NCBI GenBank assembly: GCA_964629675.1
Contig: CAZVUG010000016.1
Location: 43 to 64,042, forward strand
Direction: 5' to 3'
DNA from: an uncultured Candidatus Saccharibacteria bacterium
Lineage (GTDB): Bacteria > Patescibacteriota > Minisyncoccia > Portnoybacterales > UBA2143
Length of the DNA: 64,000 nt
Positions 19,248 to 26,689 of this stretch are shown in pieces. The position numbers and the translations under genes are program-made. The number at the start of each line of letters is the position of its first letter. Positions within the stretch are counted from its first letter, which is position 1. Under the pieces are notes generated by a model. It was not told the origin of the DNA. It ran no database searches and saw only the letters and a list, made by a program, of their open reading frames with translations.

Positions 19248-19319
19248 CAGGCGCGGAGGGACTCGAACCCCCAGGACTGCTTTTGGAGAGCAGCCGTTTG
19301 CCAATTAACGGACGCGCCC
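19248..19319 (-). tRNA. tRNA-Trp (anticodon CCA)
   Basis: Reverse complement starts GGGCGCGTCCGTTAATTGG. Anticodon stem-loop CTGCT-CTCCAAA-AGCAG; T-arm GGGGGTTCGAGTCCCTC. Confidence 0.9.
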
Positions 19320-19349
19320 TTGCTATTCCTTGTTTCAAAATGAAATTAT

Positions 19350-20315
19350 CTAATTTTTATTCTGCTTAACCGATTTCCTATTATGAACGCTTACTTGCTC
19401 AATAGTCAAGTTTTGGCTTTTTAAAAGCTCTTTGTTGTAATCCCAGGCAGCTTTCAGAAATTTAAGACCACTTTTAATAAGTTTTTTATCAGGATTATCT
19501 TTAGGTAATTTTTTTTCTAATTTTTGACCGAAAGAGATAAAAGCTGCTGTGTCTTTAGGAAAACAAGCACCGCCAAATCCACGATAATTTCCATGATAAA
19601 CATCAAGCCAGGCGCCACCAATTCTTCCATCATAAGAAATTGCTTTTCTGACATTTTCATAGTCTACTTCTTCATTTATTCCTTCTTTTGCTAAAATTTG
19701 GCTTAAAGCTCTGCAAAAATCAGCTAGGATATTACCATAAACAACTTTTAATGAGCCGAAAACGTTACCAGCGTATTTCCCTAATTCAGCTTCACTAGAA
19801 TTCAAAGAAACAGAATTATAGGTATCTACATATCCCGGGGAAGAAAAAAATGCTTGAGGTAAAATCCCTAAGACATCTCTTGTTTGGCTTTTGCTTTTTT
19901 CGGTATAACCGACAATTTGCCTGTCTGGCTTAACAAAATCCTCCCAGGCCTGAGACTCAGTTAAAAATTCTGGATTAAAAATAAGAGGACAGCTATATTT
20001 CTTTTGCAATTTAGCTACTGTGCCAGGCTCAACAGTTGATTTTACTACAATAACTTTATTTTCATCCTGATTCTGCTTAATTGCTGAATCAACAAAACCA
20101 ATATCGCAAGAACCATCTTTTCTGCTAGGTGTTGGCACACAAATAAAAACAATATTTGCCTTACTGGTATCATCGTTAAAATTCTTACGAGGATCATTAT
20201 CATAACAAAAAAGGTTAACCCCTTTTTTAAATCCTTTTTTGCTAAAATATTTCCTTAAAGAACTTCCAACTGCGCCTATGCCAACAATGCCTATTTTAAT
20301 TTTTGCCTTTGCCAT
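19350..20315 (-). CDS. UDP-glucose/GDP-mannose dehydrogenase family protein, short form
   Basis: N-terminal Rossmann IGIVGIGAVGS and catalytic-Cys motif GGACFPKD. At 321 aa it ends about 80-100 aa earlier than typical family members. Confidence 0.65.
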   Translation of the reverse strand: MAKAKIKIGIVGIGAVGSSLRKYFSKKGFKKGVNLFCYDNDPRKNFNDDTSKANIVFICVPTPSRKDGSCDIGFVDSAIKQNQDENKVIVVKSTVEPGTVAKLQKKYSCPLIFNPEFLTESQAWEDFVKPDRQIVGYTEKSKSQTRDVLGILPQAFFSSPGYVDTYNSVSLNSSEAELGKYAGNVFGSLKVVYGNILADFCRALSQILAKEGINEEVDYENVRKAISYDGRIGGAWLDVYHGNYRGFGGACFPKDTAAFISFGQKLEKKLPKDNPDKKLIKSGLKFLKAAWDYNKELLKSQNLTIEQVSVHNRKSVKQNKN

Positions 20316-20322
20316 AATATTT

Positions 20323-20391
20323 TTATTTCTTAATCTCTTTATACACCGTATGCTTTTTGCACCATTTGCAAAATTTCTTCAAATCAATCAT
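20323..20391 (-). pseudogene. Displaced 3' fragment of rpmG (L33 C-terminus remnant)
   Basis: Minus-strand translation (MID)[19 protein letters not shown] matches the last 19 residues of the intact L33 at 20994-21155. The remnant stop lies 7 nt from the ugd-like gene's ATG. Confidence 0.75.
20344..20382. repeat. Direct repeat copy 1 (39-bp perfect core)
   Basis: caccgtatgctttttgcaccatttgcaaaatttcttcaa is identical to 21015-21053. Similarity continues 21 nt further (20323-20343 vs 20994-21014) with 4 mismatches. Confidence 0.95.
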
Positions 20392-20419
20392 TGACAACCG
20401 TTAACAGTTATGTTATACA
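20391..20419 (+). promoter_or_regulatory. Promoter of the cassette gene
   Basis: TTGACA (20391-20396), 17 nt, TATACA (20414-20419). SD AAGGAGG ends 8 nt before the ATG at 20471. Confidence 0.55.
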
Positions 20420-20470
20420 TAATTACAGTTCTTAACAATTCACTCTTTTTCTATTAAGGAGGTGTTTCTG

Positions 20471-20941
20471 ATGAAAATTGTACTTGGATTTTCTTTCGGG
20501 CATAGAGGGCAAGAGCCTGGATTAAGCAATGAAGCAATAGCGGAGGCGATTCAACAGTTTAAACCTGATATAATCTCTACTCAGTGGGAAATTGGGAAAG
20601 CGCTTAGAAAACTTGATATTATACCCGAGCACGAAGTACTTATTCACCGCGAGAAAGGACACTATTTAGATACTGAAGAAGTTGCCCGCCAAATGGTTGA
20701 ATTTATCAAAAACAACGATTTAACAGACAAGGATATCTACCTTGCGGCGTATCGCGATCACGTGACTCGATGCATAAAAATTTTCAGGAAAAAATTCGGA
20801 ATCGACACAAAACCTATGCCATCAGAAATTGAAATTCCCTGCGATCCTAAATCTCGTCAAATTTGGACACGATCCCCCTTTCTTTTTCGACTTCGGGAAG
20901 CTATCGCTTTTCCAATCTACGTCTTCAAGGGTTACTACTAA
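20471..20941 (+). CDS. Hypothetical protein (weak YdcF/DUF218-like Rossmann pattern)
   Basis: The ORF track starts at GTG 20462. ATG 20471 is preferred because of the AAGGAGG spacing. The product (MKIVLGFSFGHRGQEPGLSNEAIAEA...) has no motif I can assign confidently. Confidence 0.6.
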   Translation: MKIVLGFSFGHRGQEPGLSNEAIAEAIQQFKPDIISTQWEIGKALRKLDIIPEHEVLIHREKGHYLDTEEVARQMVEFIKNNDLTDKDIYLAAYRDHVTRCIKIFRKKFGIDTKPMPSEIEIPCDPKSRQIWTRSPFLFRLREAIAFPIYVFKGYY

Positions 20942-20952
20942 TAACCTCTTCA

Positions 20953-20995
20953 ACGCCTAAATTCTGTATTAAGTTATAGATTTTGGGCGTTTTTT
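20953..20995 (+). terminator. Intrinsic terminator of the cassette gene
   Basis: Stem ACGCCTAAA/TTTGGGCGT (20953-61 and 20982-90) plus inner stem TCTGTA/TATAGA, followed by TTTTT. It overlaps the rpmG stop codon on the other strand. Confidence 0.6.
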
Positions 20996-21155
20996 ACTTC
21001 TTTATCTCCTTATGCACCGTATGCTTTTTGCACCATTTGCAAAATTTCTTCAATTCTAATTTTTTTTGAACTTGTTTTTTGTTTTTGTGAACGCGGTAGT
21101 TTATTCTTCCGCATTCAGTACATTGTAATTTAACTATATTTTCTTTATTATTCAT
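20994..21155 (-). CDS. rpmG: Ribosomal protein L33 (absent from the supplied ORF track because it is under 60 aa)
   Basis: My manual translation: [53 protein letters not shown] (53 aa). It has two CxxC zinc-ribbon pairs and the NY..KN.K....LELKK.C..C.KHT.HKE pattern of L33. Confidence 0.9.
   Translation of the reverse strand: MNNKENIVKLQCTECGRINYRVHKNKKQVQKKLELKKFCKWCKKHTVHKEIKK
21015..21053. repeat. Direct repeat copy 2 (inside intact rpmG)
   Basis: Identical 39-mer to 20344-20382. Confidence 0.95.
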
Positions 21156-21167
21156 ATTTTTTTATTG

Positions 21168-21240
21168 AGCCGACGGTCGGATTCGAACCGACGACCTACT
21201 CCTTACCATGGAGGTGCTCTACCAACTGAGCTACATCGGC
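21168..21240 (-). tRNA. tRNA-Thr (anticodon GGU)
   Basis: Reverse complement starts GCCGATGTAGCTCAGTTGGTAGAGC. Anticodon loop ATGGTAA; T-arm GTCGGTTCGAATCCGAC; acceptor GCCGATG/CGTCGGC. Confidence 0.88.
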
Positions 21241-21252
21241 TTAGATATTATG

Positions 21253-21336
21253 TGGGCGGTGCAGGACTCGAACCTGCGAAGTCCTTTCGGACGCTGGGTT
21301 TACAGCCCAGTGCAATAGCCGCTATGCGAACCACCC
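21253..21336 (-). tRNA. tRNA-Tyr (anticodon GUA), long variable arm
   Basis: Reverse complement starts GGGTGGTTCGCATAGCGGC. Anticodon stem-loop CTGGG-CTGTAAA-CCCAG; variable arm CGTCCGAAAGGAC; T-arm GCAGGTTCGAGTCCTGC. Confidence 0.88.
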
Positions 21337-21360
21337 CCATTGATAGGCGCATTTGCCGAG

Positions 21361-21432
21361 AGCCGACGGGGTGATTCGAACACCCGGCCAATGGTTTACA
21401 AAACCATTGCTCTACCACTGAGCTACGTCGGC
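21361..21432 (-). tRNA. tRNA-Thr (anticodon UGU)
   Basis: Reverse complement starts GCCGACGTAGCTCAGTGGTAGAGC. Anticodon stem-loop ATGGT-TTTGTAA-ACCAT; T-arm GGGTGTTCGAATCACCC. Confidence 0.9.
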
Positions 21433-22110
21433 TTATTCTATCCCCATCTCTTTTAATTTTTTGAGAACATCTCTTACTTTTCTATCTTTAGAGCCTAGCT
21501 TAATTGACATTTCTAGAGAATTTTTAGCATCATTATAATTATGCTGTTTCCAATAAAGAAGGCCTAGAAATTTATAGGCAGTAATATTCTTAGGATTTTC
21601 GACAATTAAGTCAATCCATTTCTGCTCCTCTTTGATTGGTTTTTCTAATTCATTCAAAGAAAGATCATCAGATTCTTCCTCTTCTATCATTTCTTCTTTT
21701 TCCGTTTCGTCATTGTTTATTTTAACAGATATTTCTTCTTCTGGCCTCTTTTTCAAAAGACTAAGATGCTTGCGCCGGCTTTCTCTTTCTTTAATCCACT
21801 CTTTTGATCTTTGAGATATAATCTGAGAACGGGTCCTTAACCATCTAATGCACTTTCTTAAAATATTATCTAATTTGAGAAAGATAATCTCTATTCTTCT
21901 TAAAAACTTTTCCAAAGAAACAACTAAATTAAACCAATAGCGTCCCCAATTAATTTCTTTAACTCTCTGGAAAAAACTTTTCTTCCTGGATAAAATTATT
22001 ATTTCTTCTTCAGAAAGATTAGCTAAAGATGGAATTTTACGGTAGATAATAACAACTAAGCCAGCTATCCCTAGTCCAGCTAGAATATAAAGTACAAGGT
22101 TAATACTCAT
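21433..22110 (-). CDS. Membrane-anchored protein with acidic linker and C-terminal TPR-like repeat
   Basis: N-terminal TM segment (LVLYILAGLGIAGLVVIIY). The C-terminus AYKFLGLLYWKQHNYNDAKNSLEMSIKL is TPR-like. 4-nt overlap with tsf. Confidence 0.5.
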   Translation of the reverse strand: MSINLVLYILAGLGIAGLVVIIYRKIPSLANLSEEEIIILSRKKSFFQRVKEINWGRYWFNLVVSLEKFLRRIEIIFLKLDNILRKCIRWLRTRSQIISQRSKEWIKERESRRKHLSLLKKRPEEEISVKINNDETEKEEMIEEEESDDLSLNELEKPIKEEQKWIDLIVENPKNITAYKFLGLLYWKQHNYNDAKNSLEMSIKLGSKDRKVRDVLKKLKEMGIE

Positions 22111-22556
22111 ATACTTAATTTTACAAATTTACCAATTTTAATATTTTCTCCCAGTTTAGTAATCTTTTCTCTAATTAATTCTTCTATTGTCTGCTTTTCA
22201 TTTTTAATAAACGGCTGTGAAAGAAATTCTTTTTTGTCAGCTGGATTCATTGCTGCAATCTGCATAGCTAGATCATGAGCCAGCTGCTTAAATTCATCAT
22301 TTTTAGCGACAAAATCACTTTCGCAAAGCAAAACCACAAGAGCGCCGCTCTTTTTATTGCTGTGGATATATGATTCTACTATCCCCTGACGGGTTTCTCT
22401 TTCAGCTTTTTTTAATGCTTTTTCGGCTCCTCTTTTTTCTAAAATTTCCGAAGCCTTTTTTTGATCACCAGCTGATTCTTCTAGAGCTTTTTTACACTCC
22501 ATAATAGAGAATCCGCTTTTTTGTCGAAGTTCTTTAACTTGTTCTGATAATATCAT
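22107..22556 (-). CDS. tsf: Elongation factor Ts, minimal 149-aa form
   Basis: N-terminal UBA-like EF-Ts domain (VKELRQKSGFSIMECKKALEES.GD..KASEIL) followed by a short core. Sits downstream of rpsB. Confidence 0.85.
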   Translation of the reverse strand: MILSEQVKELRQKSGFSIMECKKALEESAGDQKKASEILEKRGAEKALKKAERETRQGIVESYIHSNKKSGALVVLLCESDFVAKNDEFKQLAHDLAMQIAAMNPADKKEFLSQPFIKNEKQTIEELIREKITKLGENIKIGKFVKLSI

Positions 22557-23278
22557 TTTAATATTTTAGCCACACTTTCTAAAATTAATTTTAGCGAAGA
22601 GATGGCATCATCATTAGCCGGAATAGGAAAATCCACTGTTCCGGGATCGCCGTTGCTATCGCATAGGCCAATGCTAGGTATTTCCTTTATTTTAGACTCT
22701 TTAACAGCTAATTTCTCATTAGCAATGTCTACAATGAATAAAGCATCAGGCAATTTAGTAAGATTTTTAATGCCGCCGAATCTTCTTTCTAATTTAGACA
22801 GCTCAACATTAAATTCATGCTGCTCCTTTTTAGTATATTTTTTTAATTCACCAGTCTTTTTCTGTTTTTCTAAATCACGAAAATGCTCTAATCTTTTCGC
22901 AATAACGTCAAAATTACTCAGAGTTCCTCCTAGCCACCTTTCGGTTACGTAAGGCATTTTACAATCTTGAGCAACTTCTTTAACAATATCTTTGGCAACA
23001 ACTTTAGTTCCAATAAAAAGGATTTTTCCTTCCTCTTTTTTGATTTTTTCTAAAAATTTTAATGCTTCTTTTAGCTTTTCTAAAGTTTTTTCTAAATCAA
23101 TAACATGGACACTGTCCCGAACAGCAAAAATGTAAGGTTTCATTTTTGGATTGCTGCGGGATTTCTTGTGGCCAAAATGAACTCCGGCTTTTAACATTTC
23201 CTCTAAGCTAGGAACTGCTGAGGAAATTTTAGCAGAAGGCTTTATTTTCTTTTCTTTATTTTTTTCTTCTTTAATCAT
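22553..23278 (-). CDS. rpsB: Ribosomal protein S2
   Basis: LEEMLKAGVHFGHKKSRSNPKM and a conserved core. I start it at ATG 23278 (MIKEEK...). The longer track ORF (to 23401) would run through the rpmE promoter and start. Confidence 0.9.
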   Translation of the reverse strand: MIKEEKNKEKKIKPSAKISSAVPSLEEMLKAGVHFGHKKSRSNPKMKPYIFAVRDSVHVIDLEKTLEKLKEALKFLEKIKKEEGKILFIGTKVVAKDIVKEVAQDCKMPYVTERWLGGTLSNFDVIAKRLEHFRDLEKQKKTGELKKYTKKEQHEFNVELSKLERRFGGIKNLTKLPDALFIVDIANEKLAVKESKIKEIPSIGLCDSNGDPGTVDFPIPANDDAISSLKLILESVAKILK

Positions 23279-23345
23279 AGTGGAAGTATAACATATTACA
23301 AAATTTAAGCAACCCCATTTATTAACAACTATATTATACATAAAC

Positions 23346-23374
23346 TTGCTTTTAATCTTCAAGACTGATATAAT
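23346..23374 (+). promoter_or_regulatory. Promoter of rpmE-prfA-trpS; implies a near-leaderless rpmE mRNA
   Basis: TTGCTT (23346-51), 17 nt, TATAAT (23369-74). Only 9 nt separate the -10 element from the ATG (23384), and there is no SD. Confidence 0.6.
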
Positions 23375-23383
23375 AACAACATT

Positions 23384-23620
23384 ATGAAAAAAGATATTCA
23401 TCCTAAATATTATCCTAAGGCTAAAGTAAAATGCGCTTGCGGCAATATTTTTGAGGTTGGTTCAACTCAACCAGAAATAGAAATAGAAATTTGTTCTGCT
23501 TGCCATCCTTTTTATACTGGCAAAGAAAAAATTATCGAAACTGGCCAGGTGGAAAAGTTTAGAGCAAAATTATCTAAAAAAGAAACAAAATTTGGACCTA
23601 AGAATAAAAAAACCAAATAA
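23384..23620 (+). CDS. rpmE: Ribosomal protein L31
   Basis: [10 protein letters not shown]...CACG...[11 protein letters not shown]: the Zn-ribbon form of L31. Confidence 0.92.
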   Translation: MKKDIHPKYYPKAKVKCACGNIFEVGSTQPEIEIEICSACHPFYTGKEKIIETGQVEKFRAKLSKKETKFGPKNKKTK

Positions 23621-23626
23621 GCTAGT

Positions 23627-24346
23627 ATGCAAGGTATTATTATGGAAATTAGGTCAGGAGCAGGAGGAGAAGAAGCATCTATTTTCGTAGGTGATCTTTT
23701 TCGAATGTACTCACGCTTTGCTGAAAAACAAAATTGGTCTATTAACCTTATCGAAAGCCACCCGAGCGGTCCCAAGGGATACCGCGAAATAACTTTTGAA
23801 ATTAAAGGAGAAGATGTTTATGATAAGCTTAAGCAAGAAGGCGGAGTACACCGAGTTCAAAGAGTGCCAGTTACAGAAAAAGCTGGCCGAGTTCATACTT
23901 CGACTGTTTCCGTTGCTGTTTTACCTAAAGCTAGCCAAACTGAAATTAAGATTAATCCGCAAGATATAAGGGTTGATACTCTTCGTGCCTCTGGTCCAGG
24001 AGGCCAGCATGTTAATCGCAGAGAATCAGCAATTAGAATCACCCATTTATCTACCGGCATTACTGTTTCTTGCCAAGAAGGCAGAAATCAGCAGCAAAAT
24101 AAGGAGAAAGCTATGGAAGTTCTAAGAGCTCGCCTTCTGCAAAGAAAGATATTAAAAGAAATGGCTGCCAGAGGCAATGAAAGAAGAGAACAAATTGGCG
24201 AAGCAATGCGCGCAGAAAAAATTCGCACTTATAATTTCCCCCAAAACAGAATTACAGATCATCGCCTTAATAAATCTTGGCATAACTTAGATAAAATAAT
24301 TGACGGCGATTTAAAACAAATTATCAAAACTTTTAAAAAATTATGA
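23627..24346 (+). CDS. prfA: Class-I peptide chain release factor, RF1-like, lacking the N-terminal domain 1
   Basis: GGQ motif (SGPGGQHVN) and tripeptide P-V-T (RVPVTEKAGRVHTS, RF1-type PxT). The protein starts at the equivalent of about residue 105 of full-length RF1. The gene begins 6 nt after the rpmE stop. Its TGA stop overlaps the trpS ATG (ATGA). Confidence 0.8.
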   Translation: MQGIIMEIRSGAGGEEASIFVGDLFRMYSRFAEKQNWSINLIESHPSGPKGYREITFEIKGEDVYDKLKQEGGVHRVQRVPVTEKAGRVHTSTVSVAVLPKASQTEIKINPQDIRVDTLRASGPGGQHVNRRESAIRITHLSTGITVSCQEGRNQQQNKEKAMEVLRARLLQRKILKEMAARGNERREQIGEAMRAEKIRTYNFPQNRITDHRLNKSWHNLDKIIDGDLKQIIKTFKKL

Positions 24347-25329
24347 AGCGTATCTTTAGCGGTATTCAGCCAAGTGGCAATCTCCATATTGGCAATTACT
24401 TAGGGGCAATTAAGAACTGGGTTAACCTGCAGGAAGAATACAATTCTGTTTTTTGCATTGTTGATTTGCATTCTTTAACTGTTCAGCAAGATCCAAAAGT
24501 CCTAAGGAAAAGAACGCTGGAAGTAGCTGCTATTTATTTAGCTGCTGGCATAGATCCAAAAAAATCTATTATTTTCGTCCAGTCTCATTTAACCCAGCAC
24601 ACTGAATTATCCTGGTTATTAAACACAATTACTAAAATTTCCGAATTAGAGAGAATGACTCAATTTAAAGAAAAAGCCAAAAAGTTTAAACAAAATATTA
24701 ATATGGGCCTTTTCGCCTATCCGGTTTTAATGGCCGCTGATATTCTTCTTTATAATACTGATGCTGTTCCTGTTGGAGAAGATCAAAGACAACACGTAGA
24801 AATAGCCAGAATTATTGCCCGGCGATTTAATCAAATTTATGGAAAAGTCTTTACTGTTCCCGAAGCTTTAATTGAAAAAGAAGGCGCCCGGATTAAAGGA
24901 TTAGACGATCCAAGCAAGAAAATGTCAAAAACATCTGATAATCCTTATAACTATATTGCCTTAAATGATTCTCCTGAACAAATTAGAGAGAAAATAAAAA
25001 AAGCTGTTACTGATTCTGGAAAAGAAATAAAATACACTTCAACTAAGCCAGCTATTTCTAATTTAATTACTATTTTTTCTCTTTTTTCCGGAATTTCTCC
25101 ATTGGCAATTGAAAAAAAATATCAGCATAAAGGGTATGCTGAGTTTAAAAAAGATTTAGCAGAAACTATTATTAAAGGATTAAAAGATTTTCAGAAAAAG
25201 AAAAAGGATTTTGAGAGAAACCCGCAGAAGATTCAAAGAATTTTAGCAGAAGGCGCTCGGCAAGCAGAGTCAATTGCTAAAGAAACTTTAGAGAAAGCTA
25301 AAGAGAAGATGGGCCTATTAATTTTTTAA
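24343..25329 (+). CDS. trpS: Tryptophanyl-tRNA synthetase
   Basis: HIGH-type motif (PSGNLHIGNYLGA) and KMSKT motif. 328 aa. Confidence 0.93.
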   Translation: MKRIFSGIQPSGNLHIGNYLGAIKNWVNLQEEYNSVFCIVDLHSLTVQQDPKVLRKRTLEVAAIYLAAGIDPKKSIIFVQSHLTQHTELSWLLNTITKISELERMTQFKEKAKKFKQNINMGLFAYPVLMAADILLYNTDAVPVGEDQRQHVEIARIIARRFNQIYGKVFTVPEALIEKEGARIKGLDDPSKKMSKTSDNPYNYIALNDSPEQIREKIKKAVTDSGKEIKYTSTKPAISNLITIFSLFSGISPLAIEKKYQHKGYAEFKKDLAETIIKGLKDFQKKKKDFERNPQKIQRILAEGARQAESIAKETLEKAKEKMGLLIF

Positions 25330-25342
25330 AGAATTACATTTT

Positions 25343-26689
25343 TTATCTATTTTGAATTAACTGACTAATTTCGTCAGTTTTTTCTTTGCCTATTTTTTCA
25401 TCATCAGCTTCTAGATTAAGCCTGATTAAAGATTCTGTATTAGATGGGCGCAAATTAAACCACCAATTAGCATATTCTATAGTTAATCCATCTAAGTGGG
25501 AAATTTTGCCATCTTGGTATTCTTTTTCTATCTTTTCCAATATTTTCCCTTTATCTTCTACGGAAAAATTAGTTTCTTCAATATTATAATATTTTCTAAA
25601 AGGCTTGATCATCTCTGAGAATTTTTTATCTTGCTTAGAAAAAACAGAGATAATAAACAAAGATGCAATTAAGCCGCTGTCTGCCCTAAAATTATCTCTA
25701 AAATAATAATGTCCGGAATGTTCGCCAGCAAAGAAAGCGTCAGTTTCTTTCATTCTCTTTTTAATAAAAGAATGGCCAACTCTTTCTCTTAAAGGAATAC
25801 CTCCGTAATCTTTAATCGTCTCCGGAACAATGTGGCTGCAAACTGCATTATAAATTATCTTTTGCCCTGATTCTTTTTCTAAAATTTCTTTGGCTATTAA
25901 AGACATAATCAAAGAGCTGCTGATAGTTTGCGCTTTTTCATCTATAAAGAAAACTCTGTCGCCATCTCCATCAAAAGCCATGCCAAAATCAGCTTTTTCC
26001 GATAAAACTTTTTTCTGCAATTCTGCCAGATTCTTCTTCTCAATTGGATTTGCTAGATGATTAGGGAAAGAGCCGTCCAGCTCGAAGTATAAAGGAATAA
26101 TTGTGCAAGGAATTTTTTCAAAAACCAGCGGGATTATTTTACCAGCCATACCATTTCCAGCATCAACAACTATCTTTAATTCTTTCAAATGGGAGATATT
26201 AATAAAAGACAAAGCGTGCTCGACATAATCATTTAAAATGTCTTTTTTAATAATTTTTCCTAATGATTTTTCTCTATTTGCCGAAAGGCAATTATTTGAT
26301 AATTCAGCAATTTCTGGAAGGCCATTTATTTCTCCGACAGGAATAGCATCTTTCTGGCAAATTTTTAATCCATTATATTGAGATTCCAGATGAGAAGCAG
26401 TAATCATTATTCCCGGCAAATTTAATTTACCGGAAGCAAAATATAATGAATCAGAGCTTACTTTTCCAATATCAATTACATCTACACCTTGTTTAATAAT
26501 AGATTCAGACAAAGCTTTGAATAAATCATCTGAAGAAAGACGCATATCCCGGCCAACTAAAATCTGCTTAGCTTTTAGAAAAATCGCCAAGGCGCAACCA
26601 ATTTGCGATATGGCTTCTTCATTAATTTCCCGAGGATAAATTCCTCGGATATCATAAGCTTTAAAGATTTTTTTATTTATTCCCATCAT
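25343..26689 (-). CDS. Phosphomannomutase/phosphoglucomutase family
   Basis: Active-site loop TASHLESQYNG, metal site FDGDGDR and sugar-binding GEHSGH. Confidence 0.88.
   Translation of the reverse strand: MMGINKKIFKAYDIRGIYPREINEEAISQIGCALAIFLKAKQILVGRDMRLSSDDLFKALSESIIKQGVDVIDIGKVSSDSLYFASGKLNLPGIMITASHLESQYNGLKICQKDAIPVGEINGLPEIAELSNNCLSANREKSLGKIIKKDILNDYVEHALSFINISHLKELKIVVDAGNGMAGKIIPLVFEKIPCTIIPLYFELDGSFPNHLANPIEKKNLAELQKKVLSEKADFGMAFDGDGDRVFFIDEKAQTISSSLIMSLIAKEILEKESGQKIIYNAVCSHIVPETIKDYGGIPLRERVGHSFIKKRMKETDAFFAGEHSGHYYFRDNFRADSGLIASLFIISVFSKQDKKFSEMIKPFRKYYNIEETNFSVEDKGKILEKIEKEYQDGKISHLDGLTIEYANWWFNLRPSNTESLIRLNLEADDEKIGKEKTDEISQLIQNR

Larger units (their letters stand above)
20383..21014. 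mobile_element. Putative integrated one-gene cassette (no integrase present)
   Basis: 632 bp between the repeat cores. It carries its own consensus-like promoter, SD, a 156-codon ORF on the opposite strand, a terminator and a replacement rpmG 3' end. A hand-counted 130-nt sample gives about 41% GC against about 31% in the flank. Confidence 0.45.

Noticed and set aside
21165-21374. 69-aa plus-strand ORF in the supplied track
   Set aside because: It is the antisense read-through of three minus-strand tRNA genes (Thr-GGU, Tyr-GUA, Thr-UGU). Its GC-rich, Arg/Pro/Gly-rich translation is an artefact.
22553-23401. Long 282-aa version of rpsB with a 41-aa hydrophobic N-terminal extension
   Set aside because: The extension would overlap the rpmE start and its promoter. 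The S2 homology begins after the internal Met at 23278.
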